64,000 nt of DNA from Minisyncoccota bacterium (lineage in GTDB: Bacteria; Patescibacteriota; Minisyncoccia; Phycocordibacterales; PALSA-1337), in contig JBAYJB010000001.1 of assembly GCA_041665325.1 (NCBI GenBank), positions 162,817 through 226,816 on the forward strand, read 5' to 3'. The position numbers and the translations under genes are program-made. Position 1 is the first letter of the stretch. Every line of letters starts with the position of its first letter. The notes under the pieces are model-generated. The model saw nothing but the letters and a program-made list of their open reading frames with translations. It ran no database searches and was not told the DNA's origin. Positions 29,826 to 39,697 of the stretch are shown in pieces.

Positions 29826-30893
29826 TCATTGGATAATCCCACCACCGAGACATTCATCGCCGCGATATATGACAAGCGATTGCCCCGGGGTCAAGGTATT
29901 CTGTGGGATGGCGAATTTTACGAAAATTTCGTCAAATCCACCACCCATGATGACGGAGACATCTTCGAGTGCCTGGCGGTAACGGCTGCGGGCTTGAAGC
30001 TTTTCGCCCGCCAGGGGCGGTGCGGAAACCCAACTGACCCTCCCCAAACTCACTTCCTGCCTGGAACTCTGCAAAACGCCCGCGCGTGACTCATTCGAAA
30101 CAGTCAGAGTATTGTTCCCGACATCCTTTGATACAACGAAGTATGGCGCATCATTCGGCGTCTTTTTGGTGACGGTGAATCCGTGTCGCTCGCCAATCGT
30201 AAAAAGCAATGCTCCGGGATGATTCCCGATGACTTCCCCAGACTCATTCAAGACATCCCCATTCCCTGTCTCGATATAATGCGAAAGGAACTCCTTCACA
30301 TCTAGTTTTCCAATAAAGCATAATCCCTGACTGTCTTTCTTCTCGGCGTTAGGCAGTTTGAATTTCTTCGCGAGAGCGCGCACCTCCGGCTTAGCCATGC
30401 CGCCAACCGGGAATAGGACGTGATCCAGATCGGCCTGCTTCAATGTCCACAAAAAATACGACTGATCCTTATTCGTGTCCTTGGAAACAAATAAACGCCC
30501 GTCTTTATTCTGCGCATAATGACCAGTGGCGATGAAATCAGCCCCCTGCCCTTCCGCCCATTTCCAAAAAGCACCGAACTTGACCTCACGGTTGCACATC
30601 ACATCGGGGTTCGGCGTGCGGCCAGCTGCGTATTCCGCGATCATATAGTCGATGACGCCTTCCTTATACTCCTTCTCCAGATTCAGGGTCATGAATGGAA
30701 TGCCGAGATGCGCCGCCGCACGCATAGCTTCCAGCCGCTCCTCCCGCCAGTTGCAGGCGATCCAATCGGGCTGCCAGACCTGGATGAAAACGCCAATGAC
30801 CTCGTAGCCGGCCCGCTTCAATAAAGCTGCCGAGACGGCGCTATCCACACCACCAGACATGCCCACCATGACTTTCTTGCCTTGACTTTTCAT
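29826..30893 (-). CDS. mnmA: tRNA 2-thiouridylase MnmA
   Basis: SGGVDS, TPNPD..CN, ATGHY, KDQSYFL, DSQGLCF, TPGQ. Confidence 0.97.
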   Translation of the reverse strand: MKSQGKKVMVGMSGGVDSAVSAALLKRAGYEVIGVFIQVWQPDWIACNWREERLEAMRAAAHLGIPFMTLNLEKEYKEGVIDYMIAEYAAGRTPNPDVMCNREVKFGAFWKWAEGQGADFIATGHYAQNKDGRLFVSKDTNKDQSYFLWTLKQADLDHVLFPVGGMAKPEVRALAKKFKLPNAEKKDSQGLCFIGKLDVKEFLSHYIETGNGDVLNESGEVIGNHPGALLFTIGERHGFTVTKKTPNDAPYFVVSKDVGNNTLTVSNESRAGVLQSSRQEVSLGRVSWVSAPPLAGEKLQARSRYRQALEDVSVIMGGGFDEIFVKFAIPQNTLTPGQSLVIYRGDECLGGGIIQ

Positions 30894-30937
30894 ACCCGAA
30901 AGATAACATGAGTCCAAACGTTCCCCAAACTCTTATC

Positions 30938-31018
30938 ATGGAAATCATCATCATTCCGGCGATCTGGCTGGTCATGGCTCTCCTGGTCAGCACCGAACCA
31001 GAGCCATCCACCAAGTAA
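30938..31018 (+). CDS. 26-aa hydrophobic peptide (36 aa if ATG 30908); not in ORF track
   Basis: MEIIIIPAIWLVMALLVSTEPEPSTK; TTGACT at 30882; terminator 31036-31066. Confidence 0.45.
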   Translation: MEIIIIPAIWLVMALLVSTEPEPSTK

Positions 31019-31035
31019 CCGCCAAGGCATGTGAC

Positions 31036-31066
31036 GCGCGACCATTACCCCGGGTCGCGCTTTTTT
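31036..31066 (+). terminator. intrinsic terminator
   Basis: GCGCGACC-N9-GGTCGCGC-TTTTTT. Confidence 0.75.
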
Positions 31067-32012
31067 ATTGTAGATATTTGACCCGATTGACATTATGCCC
31101 CTCTAGCGTCGTCGCGTAGTGAGTCACCCCATCCTTGTCGGAAAGATAATACCAGGAAGCCGTCTCTTTGGGATGGAGCGTGTCGATGATCGTCGCCAAT
31201 CCCGGACTGCCTATCGGCGTCGGCGGCAAACCACGGTTCTGGTACGAGTTGTAGGGCGATTTCATCTTGAGATCATCCAGCGTGAGCACCTTGGTCGACG
31301 TGCTCAAGGCATAGAAGAAGGTCGCGTCAGCTTGGAGTGCCATGCCGACAGACAAGCGTTTCCAGAGGATGCCGGCGATGACCTTGCGATCAGCGCTCGA
31401 CGAAGCCTCTTTCTCGACGATCGAAGCCATGATGATGATGTCGCGAAGCGTGCGATCAGAATCGTCGATGTCGGCCTGGATAGTCGCGATCTTGCGATCG
31501 AAGATCGCGCTCATATCAGCGACTGCTTGTTCTGGAGTAAGGTTGGCCGGCCAGAAATATGTATCAGGGAAAAGGAAGCCTTCTTTCGGCTTGGCAAGCA
31601 TAAGAAAAGCTTCTGTATCAAAGTTCGAGATCCTCTGTGAGATGATGGCCGCAATGTCTCGTGTCTCGCTTCCTTCGGGGATCGTGACCTTGACGATCGG
31701 GAATCCTCCATATCCCCTAGCTACGCGATGTGCAACGCTCACGGCTGACTCCGACGCGGCAAAGAGATATGTCCCCGCTTTTACACCGTTCTTGCCGCCA
31801 AAAAAGGCCACATAGGCCCTGAACAATAATTTGGAACGGACTAGGCCCGCCTCCTTGAGAGTGGTTGCAGTTCGACTCAAGCTGTATCCATTGCCGATCT
31901 GGACGATCTTTCCGGAAGGAAAATCGCTCGGCGCCGTAGAAGCTATGATCAGACCAAAAAGGATCACTAACAAAGAGGCGCCGCTGATTCGTAACCAATA
32001 TGGTATATGCAT
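31065..32012 (-). CDS. mltG: endolytic transglycosylase MltG
   Basis: VTIPEG, EGFLFPDTY, ASIVEKE, LQAD, SPYNSY..GLPPTPI. Confidence 0.95.
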   Translation of the reverse strand: MHIPYWLRISGASLLVILFGLIIASTAPSDFPSGKIVQIGNGYSLSRTATTLKEAGLVRSKLLFRAYVAFFGGKNGVKAGTYLFAASESAVSVAHRVARGYGGFPIVKVTIPEGSETRDIAAIISQRISNFDTEAFLMLAKPKEGFLFPDTYFWPANLTPEQAVADMSAIFDRKIATIQADIDDSDRTLRDIIIMASIVEKEASSSADRKVIAGILWKRLSVGMALQADATFFYALSTSTKVLTLDDLKMKSPYNSYQNRGLPPTPIGSPGLATIIDTLHPKETASWYYLSDKDGVTHYATTLEGHNVNRVKYLQ

Positions 32013-32013
32013 A

Positions 32014-33285
32014 TTAGATCGGCAGATTGGTCGGCGCTTCGGATTTCTTGGAAGTGACGCGAGCTAGGCCAGGAGTCGAAGAGACCGAACCCGGGAAGTG
32101 GAAGATCGTCGCCAACTCCTCCGTGTTCAAGACCAGAGACGGCGATTTGTACGGCGGATAGAAAGCGGAGCGCCGGCGATAGGCCATGAGGACCTTACGA
32201 GACAGATAGTTGCGACGAAAATCCATGAAATCCTGCCAAGGATAGTCAAATTGAGCCATCCACTTACTGCCGTTCGGCCGGAAGCCGTTCAGATGCTCGG
32301 TATTGAATTGCTTCATGCTGGAAATGAGACCACCGAGGCCGAATGGTGTGTCGAAGGCGCTCCTCTTGGCTAGATAGACAGCCCGGACGCACACATCGAA
32401 TGGCAGCTTGGTCACGCTGCGCTCGATGGCTTTGACTATATCCCGCTCACCCTCGGAGAAAGTAGGCAGGATCGGGAACCCCGCCTCGCTCACCTGCCGC
32501 GAAGCCTTGGTCTTGGGATCGCGGAGCAAGATCTTGTTGACCTCTGCTTCGGCCTCATCCTTCCATCGATCTGTCTTCTTCCAGAGATGTCCGGCCTTCC
32601 TCTGCTCCTTCACATGGGCCCGGATGATGAACTGGAACCAAGCCTGTTCGTTCGGCCGCAGACTGCCCAACCACTCGATGACATGGGTCAGCGGGTCGAC
32701 CTTGAACTCCTCCTTGGGGTCCCGATCGAGCCCGTAGTCTACATAAGTTTTGATCGGATACGGGTCGGGTTTATTGAACTTGAACTCCGCGGCCCAGATC
32801 TTGATCTCCTTTGGGTCAAAATGAACGGAATTGGCATAATCCGCGCGCTCGGTGATCTCGATACCCGGATACTGTGAATAGAGAGCCGACATGAGATTGC
32901 TCTTGCGGCGATCCTCCGTCCAGATCAAGAATTTGACCTGGCCTTCAACGGAGATGAGCTCAAACGAATACCACGGCCTCGTCTCACCCCTCCAGAACTT
33001 GGCGTACGCACTGCCATCGGCCGTATTGTGGATGGATTGGAAGACGGTCTCCATGGCCAGCGGCGACTTGAAGGTATCCTTAGGCAGTTTGAGCTCGAGG
33101 ATAGTGTATTTGATCCCGAGGAATTGTTTGAGCTGGACATATCTGATCCACACATGCCAGAAGATGAACCAGAGACAGATCGCCAGGAGGATCGGCGAGA
33201 GGAAGACGATATAATATTCGGCCGTCGGCAGGAGCGTAGAGCGGAAGCCGCTTCCGAATATATCGACGATGTCCGCAAAAGTCAT
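32014..33285 (-). CDS. conserved membrane-anchored hypothetical protein
   Basis: N-terminal TM; YPIKTY.D, LN.EELATIFHFP, EAP.NLP; long clean ORF. Confidence 0.75.
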   Translation of the reverse strand: MTFADIVDIFGSGFRSTLLPTAEYYIVFLSPILLAICLWFIFWHVWIRYVQLKQFLGIKYTILELKLPKDTFKSPLAMETVFQSIHNTADGSAYAKFWRGETRPWYSFELISVEGQVKFLIWTEDRRKSNLMSALYSQYPGIEITERADYANSVHFDPKEIKIWAAEFKFNKPDPYPIKTYVDYGLDRDPKEEFKVDPLTHVIEWLGSLRPNEQAWFQFIIRAHVKEQRKAGHLWKKTDRWKDEAEAEVNKILLRDPKTKASRQVSEAGFPILPTFSEGERDIVKAIERSVTKLPFDVCVRAVYLAKRSAFDTPFGLGGLISSMKQFNTEHLNGFRPNGSKWMAQFDYPWQDFMDFRRNYLSRKVLMAYRRRSAFYPPYKSPSLVLNTEELATIFHFPGSVSSTPGLARVTSKKSEAPTNLPI

Positions 33286-33339
33286 GCGGTTATTATAGCA
33301 GAATATGGCGAGGGTAATAACCCTCGCCTGTTCGTAATG

Positions 33340-34377
33340 TTAGGCGACCACCGTGTACTTTCCCTGATTGTCGCGCTTGAAATATTTAGGATTCTGGAGG
33401 TTGACGGCGATGGTATTCTCCTTGACATAGCGCTCTTTCATGACCTTCGAGAGCACGTCTTCCTTGGTCATAGCGCCACCCTTCACGAGAATATTCTTGA
33501 TGACGTCACGCACGACGCCGGGTGAATAGCCCCATTCGGCTAGTGCATAGAGGCCGCGGCCAACCAGGACGAAGCGCTTGTCCTTGATGAGCTCGTTGTG
33601 GGTGGTGGCAACATGGGCCTTCTTATCGAAAAGCTTCTCGATCTGCTTGGCCACATCGCGGAAGTGGATCGGCGAACCATGCTTCCTGATGACTAGGAAG
33701 GCATAGTCGCGCACACCCTTGGTGTGGATATTGGAAGAGTGGGTGGCACCCCAGTCGCCAAGAGCATTCTTGCCAATCTTCTTGGAGATAAGGAGCCAAC
33801 GGCGCATGATCTCTTGGTTCTTGTATTTCTCGGAAACTTCCTCGAGGTGCTGGAGGAGGCGGTTGACCATCTCCGACTCCGGCAGAAGGTCGTCAGCGGA
33901 GAGATTGGCGTAGAGCTTATGCAAAGCATCCTCCACCTTTTTGGCTAGCTCCTCGTTGGCGTGCCAACGGTGGCGGAAGTTGTTGTCTTCCTTACGCTTC
34001 GTGAATGGTTCGCCGATCGTGAGGAGGAAATGGATATGGTTCTGGTAGCTCTTGTCCTTGGAGATATGGCCGAGGAAATCTTCCTCGACGACCATGCCGC
34101 CCAATGTGTGGAGTAGATCCTCGATCTCGACGAAAGCCGCCTTCTCGGCCTTGTATTCGTCGGACTTGCGGATGATGCCAAGGGCGTAGTTCTCGATCTG
34201 ACGGACGCGTTCCCTGGTGATGCCGTATTTCCTGCCGATACTATCGAGAGTCATGTGCTTCTCGTCCTTGCCGAGGCCATAACGGAATATGATGATCTCG
34301 CAGGCCCGGTCAGGCAGGCATGAGAGCAGGCGCTTGATGACCTGCTTGGGCTTGAATGAAATGGTAGGGGTAGGCAT
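33340..34377 (-). CDS. sigma70 region-4 HTH plus winged-helix (HARE-HTH/RNAP delta-like) protein
   Basis: R.GL..TL.SIG..YGITRERVRQIE; HNELIKD.RFVLVGRGLYAL. Confidence 0.75.
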   Translation of the reverse strand: MPTPTISFKPKQVIKRLLSCLPDRACEIIIFRYGLGKDEKHMTLDSIGRKYGITRERVRQIENYALGIIRKSDEYKAEKAAFVEIEDLLHTLGGMVVEEDFLGHISKDKSYQNHIHFLLTIGEPFTKRKEDNNFRHRWHANEELAKKVEDALHKLYANLSADDLLPESEMVNRLLQHLEEVSEKYKNQEIMRRWLLISKKIGKNALGDWGATHSSNIHTKGVRDYAFLVIRKHGSPIHFRDVAKQIEKLFDKKAHVATTHNELIKDKRFVLVGRGLYALAEWGYSPGVVRDVIKNILVKGGAMTKEDVLSKVMKERYVKENTIAVNLQNPKYFKRDNQGKYTVVA

Positions 34378-34432
34378 GTAGGTGTGCGATCTGTTGTTCC
34401 TATGTTATATCACCAGCTTGTAATAAAGTCAA

Positions 34433-37400
34433 CTATGTGGCCACAATATTCACCAATTTGTCCGGGACCACGATCGTGCGCCGTATTTCCTTTGCTTCTA
34501 GCCATTTTTTGGCTTCTGGTAGATCTCTGGCCATCTTTTCAAGATCCTCCTTCCCTGTTCCTGTTGGTGCCATGAATGAGCCGCGGACCTTGCCGTTGAC
34601 CTGGAGCATGATCTTGACTTCGCTCTCGATCAGCATGTCAGGATCACACTTAGGCCATTCGGAAGTGTGAATAGATTTTTTATTTCCCATGCTCGACCAC
34701 AACTCCTCGGCGACGTGCGGCGCGAACGGGGCGAGGAGCTTGAGATATGATTCGAGGGCTGTTCTCGATACCGATTCGCTCTTCTCCAGCTCATTCAGAC
34801 AGATCATAAGCGTGCTGATCGCCGTGTTGAACTTCAATCCTTGGATATCATCGGTCACTTTCTTGATAGTCCTGTGAATTATAGTTGGAACGGCTGTATC
34901 CCCGGTAGTCCTATCGGCGAACTTCCAAACGCGCTCGATGAAGCGGCGCGATCCGACCATGCTGGCGGTGCTCCAGGCGATCTGCTGGTCGAACGGGCCC
35001 ATGAACATCTCGTAGAGGCGCAGGGTGTCGGCTCCGTAAGTCGCGATGATGTCGTCCGGGTTGATGACATTGCCGAAGCGCTTGGACATCTTCCTGCCAT
35101 CCTCGCCCATGATCAGACCGACGCTCTGGAGCTTGGTGAACGGCTCTATATAGGAGACGGCCCCGATGTCGTAGAGGAACTTATGCCAGAAGCGGGCATA
35201 GATGAGGTGGCGCGTGGCGTGCTCTGCCCCGCCAACATAGAGATCGACCGGCGACCAATGCTTCTCTTTCGCCGGGTCGACAAGCTGCTTCTTGTTATTC
35301 GGATCTTCGTAGCGCAGATAGTACCAGCTCGAACCGGCCCACTGCGGCATGGTGTTGGTTTCGCGCTTCCCTTTGCCGCCGCATTGAGGACACTTGACGT
35401 TGACCCACTTGTCGATAGCGGCAAGCGGTGATTCCCCTGTCCCGGTAGGCTCATAAGACTTCACTTTGGGCAGTTTGACCGGCAGATCCTTCTCGGGCAC
35501 GGCTACTACGCCGCACTTGTCGCAATGAATGACCGGTATCGGCTCGCCCCAATAGCGTTGGCGGGAGAAGACCCAGTCGCGAAGCTTGTAGCGAGTGACC
35601 CAGCGACCACTAACGAACGTGGTTATATCCCTCATGACTGATGAGGACTCCTTATTATCGAACATATCGGAATTCATCAATCGCCCATCACCAACATAAG
35701 CGCTGGCCTTAAATCTAATCTTGTCGCTTGTCTTGTCGTATCCTAATTCGATCGCCAAACCAATGGCCTGCTGGATGAATCTAAGCCAGTGATGATTGCC
35801 ATCTCCATTCCACGATCTTATGCCATCGTCGAGCTCGTCTGCAGATAGCCAGACTAGGTCAAACTTCTCGTGAGCCTCATGCTTCACATCTTTAGAGTCG
35901 GATTTTTTAAGGATCACGAGCAGACATGTGGCATCAGCTACTCGGTTGAGATGCTTCAGTGAATGGTAATAATGGGCTCGAGCTTTTTCTACTACTTCCA
36001 CTTTCTCAAAATCGTACAAACCGCTTTCCTCTGTTATCTCCCTCAAAATCCCCTCTTGAAGATCTTCACCCTTGTTCAACCCACCGGCAAAAAGCCCGAC
36101 CTTCCCATCCTCGCGCTTGTAAGCAGCATATTTCTGCTTCACCGGATCAAATACGACCCCACATCCTCCACCTCTTTCTTCTTCGTTCTCACGCTTGGTT
36201 CCAAACTCAGGAACAATCACTTGCCTTATTTGCAATCCGTACTTCTTAGCAAAAGCTAAGTCGCGCTCGTCATGTGCCGGCACTGCCATGACCGCACCGG
36301 TGCCGTAGTCGGCAAGGACATAGTCGGCGATCCAGACCGGCACCTCTTCTTTGTTTGCCGGATTGACGGCCCAGACACCTTTGAGTTCGACACCGGTCTT
36401 CTCCTTGGACAGATCGGTGCGCTCGATCTGAGTAGCGATCAGGGCTTGCGCCATGTACTGCTCGACTTCCTGCTTATTCTCGAGCCGCGGTAATAGTTCC
36501 TTGACCCAAGGATGTTCCGGAGCCAAGACCATGTAAGTCACCCCGAACAACGTGTCCGGGCGGGTGGTGAAAACTTTGACATTTGGAGTCACGCTCTCGA
36601 GCACAGCCGGTTCTTGCAGAGCACAGAAATGTTCTTTGGCCGCAGAGGTCTCGGTGAGAGCGCCGGAAAGCTCCTTGGTAAGCTGTTTGAGCCATGGTAT
36701 GCGCTTTTCCTCCTTGATGTCCGAAAGCACGGCGACACGCCCTTGGGCGAGCTTATTGATCAATTTGTAATCGAAATCCCAATCAAAATTTTTGTGGTAG
36801 ACGCGCGGCTTAGAGTTCTTATTGAAACCTGGTGGCATAGCCGCAGCTACTAGCACCAACCCGGATATCGGACGGTTGAGCTTCATGAGCGCCTTCATAG
36901 CAACGATCGCTCCGAGACTGTGTCCGATTACGACGGTATATTCGTCTAACTTACAATTCTTGAGCACATATTCGACTTGTTCGGACTCCTTTGGATCAGT
37001 CGAGTTTGGCAATTCAGGAGTCTCAACTTCATGGCCGCGCTGTTGTAGTTCGGCCTTGAGCCAGGGGATGAAATTATTCTTGGCACTGCCGGTATAGCCA
37101 TGGAGGATGACGAACCGCGACTTGTGGTTTTTGAGGACTAGGCGGAAATCGATCTCTGCTCCCTCGCTCCTGCCGATCCAATTACGCTGGGCTTCCTTGA
37201 TCGATTCAGGCCAGTTGAGAAGAGGTTTTATTTCTTGTTTTTTGGCTCCGGTAAAGAGATCCCACAGATAAGTCATATCCTCGTAATTCGTAAAATCCCT
37301 GACTTCGTCGCGAGAAAGCCAGACATGTTCATGGAGAGATTTCTCCTCCTCATTTGTCTCTTCCCGCTCGTCGTTCAGAAGCTCGACATAAACGCCGGTA

Positions 37401-38353
37401 AAATGTGCGAATCGATTATGCTTCTTCACTTTCTGAAAAAACTTTGAGTCGACTCTACCGAATTCTCTGATGAATCTTACGTTCTTATAGCCGGTCTCCT
37501 CTCGAATCTCCCTCGCGGCCGTATCGGCCAACGATTCTCCTTCTTCCCTACCACCGATCACGAAACCTTGCCAGTGCGTTGCCTTCCAACGAGCGCAAAG
37601 ATATTTATCTTCATGCCAATGTTTGATGATCACCACTGCCGCATCGCGTTCAGAGATCGGATCATCGGGCCGAAAAGCATCTTCACCAATGGCCCTAGTC
37701 ACGAGCGGTATGCCGCCACTCGCATCCAGATCCGTGAGCAACCGATCCGCATAGTCCGTGATCTTCAGGACCCACTGGCGCATCGGCTTCTTCTCGACCG
37801 GCGTGCCGCAACGCTCACAACGTCCGTCCTCGACGTCTTCGTTGGCCAGACCGGTCTTGCATGAAGGACACCAATTGATCGGCTCATACGATTCGTAGGC
37901 CAGGCCTTTCTTGAATAACTGCAAGAATATCCATTGCGTCCACTTGTAGAACTTGGGATCAGTCGTATTGACCTCGCGCGACCAGTCGTAGTCCAGACCG
38001 ATCAACTCGAGCTGCTGTTTGAATCTTTTGACGTTCTTGGCTACCGACACCATCGGATTGGTCTTCATCTTGATGGCGTAGTTCTCCGCCGGCAGGCCGA
38101 AGGCATCGAAACCCATGGGGTGGAGGATGTCGAGGCCTTGCATGCGCTTCATGCGCGAGACGATGTCAGTGGCGATATAGCCCTTGGGATGGCCAACGTG
38201 TAGGCCATCACCGGAAGGATACGGGAACATATCGAGGACATAATATTTGCCCTGACCGGTCTTCTCGCTGGCGCGGTAGAGCTTGGAAGAGGTCCACTTC
38301 TTCTGCCATTTCTTCTCGATCTTGGCGGGGTCGTAGACGGGGCGCTTTTTCAT
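34433..38353 (-). CDS. leuS: leucine--tRNA ligase with three inserted domains
   Basis: MFPYPSG.GLHVGH, FTTRPDT, GTGAVMAVPAHD, RDW..SRQRYWG, KMSKR; 1306 aa. Confidence 0.95.
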   Translation of the reverse strand: MKKRPVYDPAKIEKKWQKKWTSSKLYRASEKTGQGKYYVLDMFPYPSGDGLHVGHPKGYIATDIVSRMKRMQGLDILHPMGFDAFGLPAENYAIKMKTNPMVSVAKNVKRFKQQLELIGLDYDWSREVNTTDPKFYKWTQWIFLQLFKKGLAYESYEPINWCPSCKTGLANEDVEDGRCERCGTPVEKKPMRQWVLKITDYADRLLTDLDASGGIPLVTRAIGEDAFRPDDPISERDAAVVIIKHWHEDKYLCARWKATHWQGFVIGGREEGESLADTAAREIREETGYKNVRFIREFGRVDSKFFQKVKKHNRFAHFTGVYVELLNDEREETNEEEKSLHEHVWLSRDEVRDFTNYEDMTYLWDLFTGAKKQEIKPLLNWPESIKEAQRNWIGRSEGAEIDFRLVLKNHKSRFVILHGYTGSAKNNFIPWLKAELQQRGHEVETPELPNSTDPKESEQVEYVLKNCKLDEYTVVIGHSLGAIVAMKALMKLNRPISGLVLVAAAMPPGFNKNSKPRVYHKNFDWDFDYKLINKLAQGRVAVLSDIKEEKRIPWLKQLTKELSGALTETSAAKEHFCALQEPAVLESVTPNVKVFTTRPDTLFGVTYMVLAPEHPWVKELLPRLENKQEVEQYMAQALIATQIERTDLSKEKTGVELKGVWAVNPANKEEVPVWIADYVLADYGTGAVMAVPAHDERDLAFAKKYGLQIRQVIVPEFGTKRENEEERGGGCGVVFDPVKQKYAAYKREDGKVGLFAGGLNKGEDLQEGILREITEESGLYDFEKVEVVEKARAHYYHSLKHLNRVADATCLLVILKKSDSKDVKHEAHEKFDLVWLSADELDDGIRSWNGDGNHHWLRFIQQAIGLAIELGYDKTSDKIRFKASAYVGDGRLMNSDMFDNKESSSVMRDITTFVSGRWVTRYKLRDWVFSRQRYWGEPIPVIHCDKCGVVAVPEKDLPVKLPKVKSYEPTGTGESPLAAIDKWVNVKCPQCGGKGKRETNTMPQWAGSSWYYLRYEDPNNKKQLVDPAKEKHWSPVDLYVGGAEHATRHLIYARFWHKFLYDIGAVSYIEPFTKLQSVGLIMGEDGRKMSKRFGNVINPDDIIATYGADTLRLYEMFMGPFDQQIAWSTASMVGSRRFIERVWKFADRTTGDTAVPTIIHRTIKKVTDDIQGLKFNTAISTLMICLNELEKSESVSRTALESYLKLLAPFAPHVAEELWSSMGNKKSIHTSEWPKCDPDMLIESEVKIMLQVNGKVRGSFMAPTGTGKEDLEKMARDLPEAKKWLEAKEIRRTIVVPDKLVNIVAT
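35703..36208 (-). other. Nudix domain inserted in LeuRS (second)
   Basis: Complete Nudix box GGLNKGEDLQEGILREITEESGL, between IRQVI and AYVGDG.L.NS. Confidence 0.85.
36584..37137 (-). other. alpha/beta-hydrolase (YdeN/RBBP9-like) domain inserted in LeuRS
   Basis: ILHGYTGS..N.IPWL, GHSLG nucleophile elbow, terminal HF; between AEIDF and VFTTRPDT. Confidence 0.8.
37222..37722 (-). other. Nudix domain inserted in LeuRS (first)
   Basis: Complete Nudix box GGREEGESLADTAAREIREETGY, between LLTDLD and LNWPESIK. Confidence 0.85.
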
Positions 38354-38376
38354 GCGTCCATCATAACATTTCTATT

Positions 38377-39474
38377 TTATATCTTAAACTCAATCACATC
38401 CCCGTCCTGCACGATGTATTCTTTCCCTTCCGTTCTGACTAGGCCCTTCTCACGGGCGGCGGCGTATGAGCCGATATCAAGAAGCTCCTGCCAGCCGATC
38501 ACTTCGGCTCGCACGAACTTGTCCTTGAAATCGGTGTGGATGGCCGTACCCGCAAGCGGCGCTGTCCAGCCATTCTGAATAGTCCAGCCTCGCGTCTCGT
38601 CTTCGCCGGTGGTGAAATATGTGATCAAACCAAGCATCTTATAACTAGAAACAATCAAATTATTGATCCCGTCATCCTTAGCACCCATCCCCTCTCTCAT
38701 TTCTTTCTTCTCGGCGTCATCCATATCCTTGAGGTCTTGCTCGAAGCCGGCATCTACGGCAACCCATGAAGCATTGTTGGCTTTCATAAATTCCATGAGC
38801 TTGTTCCAGCGCTCGTCTCTCAATTCGTCCAAATTCGTCCCGCCGGACTTCTTATTCAAAACATAAAGTATCTTCTTGGCAGTCAACAGACAAAGCTGTT
38901 TCATCATCGGTGCCTCGAACTCATCCGGCACAACGGTCGAAGCCAGCTTGCCGCCATCGAGCGCAGGTTTGATCCTCTCCAGAAGCCCCATTTCGGTCTT
39001 GGCTTCCTTCTTGCCGGCCTTCACTTCCCTGCCCAGGGTATTGATCCTCTTATTCACAGTCTCCAGATCAGCAAAGATCAATTCGAGGTTGATGACTTCG
39101 ATATCCTTGACCGGATCGATCTTGCCATCCACGTGGATGATATCCGCGTCCTCGAAGATGCGCACTACTTCCGCGATGGCATCAGTCTCGCGAATGTTCG
39201 ACAAGAATTTGTTCCCCAGACCTTCGCCGTCAGATGCGCCCTTCACAAGTCCGGCGATGTCCACGAATGAGACGGCCGCCGGCACAGTCTTGGCGGACTT
39301 GGAAAACGCGGAGAGTTTCCACAAGCGTTCGTCAGGCACGGCTACGACGCCAACCGACGGATCGATGGTGGCGAAGGGATAGTTGGCCACAAGCACGCTC
39401 TTCCTGGTGAGCGCGTTGAAGAGCGTCGATTTGCCGACGTTCGGGAGGCCGACGATGCCGATGGAGAGGGACAT
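38377..39474 (-). CDS. ychF: redox-regulated ATPase YchF
   Basis: GLPNVGKST, NYPFATI, DIAGLV.GA..GEGLGNKFL, EGKEY.V.DGD. Confidence 0.97.
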   Translation of the reverse strand: MSLSIGIVGLPNVGKSTLFNALTRKSVLVANYPFATIDPSVGVVAVPDERLWKLSAFSKSAKTVPAAVSFVDIAGLVKGASDGEGLGNKFLSNIRETDAIAEVVRIFEDADIIHVDGKIDPVKDIEVINLELIFADLETVNKRINTLGREVKAGKKEAKTEMGLLERIKPALDGGKLASTVVPDEFEAPMMKQLCLLTAKKILYVLNKKSGGTNLDELRDERWNKLMEFMKANNASWVAVDAGFEQDLKDMDDAEKKEMREGMGAKDDGINNLIVSSYKMLGLITYFTTGEDETRGWTIQNGWTAPLAGTAIHTDFKDKFVRAEVIGWQELLDIGSYAAAREKGLVRTEGKEYIVQDGDVIEFKI

Positions 39475-39697
39475 GATGTGTAGATTAGCAGATTTACATT
39501 AGAAGTCGAATAAAATCATCGTTGCTGCATTTTCGGCGCCAGGGAAATCCTCTTTTTTCGATCGGCTCTTTTCAAAATCTTGCGGGCGAAAGGTTCATCT
39601 TCCAATCACCTTGTTTTGAGCCGTTAATATTGGCCAGTCTTGCGCAAGCAAGATTTTTGATTTACGTAGGTAGGAAGACGAGAACAGCCGCCCTTCT

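Noticed and set aside
35703-37722. LeuRS inserts as inteins or introns
   Set aside because: No Cys/Ser start with His-Asn end, no homing endonuclease motifs, continuous frame, and clear Nudix/hydrolase signatures.
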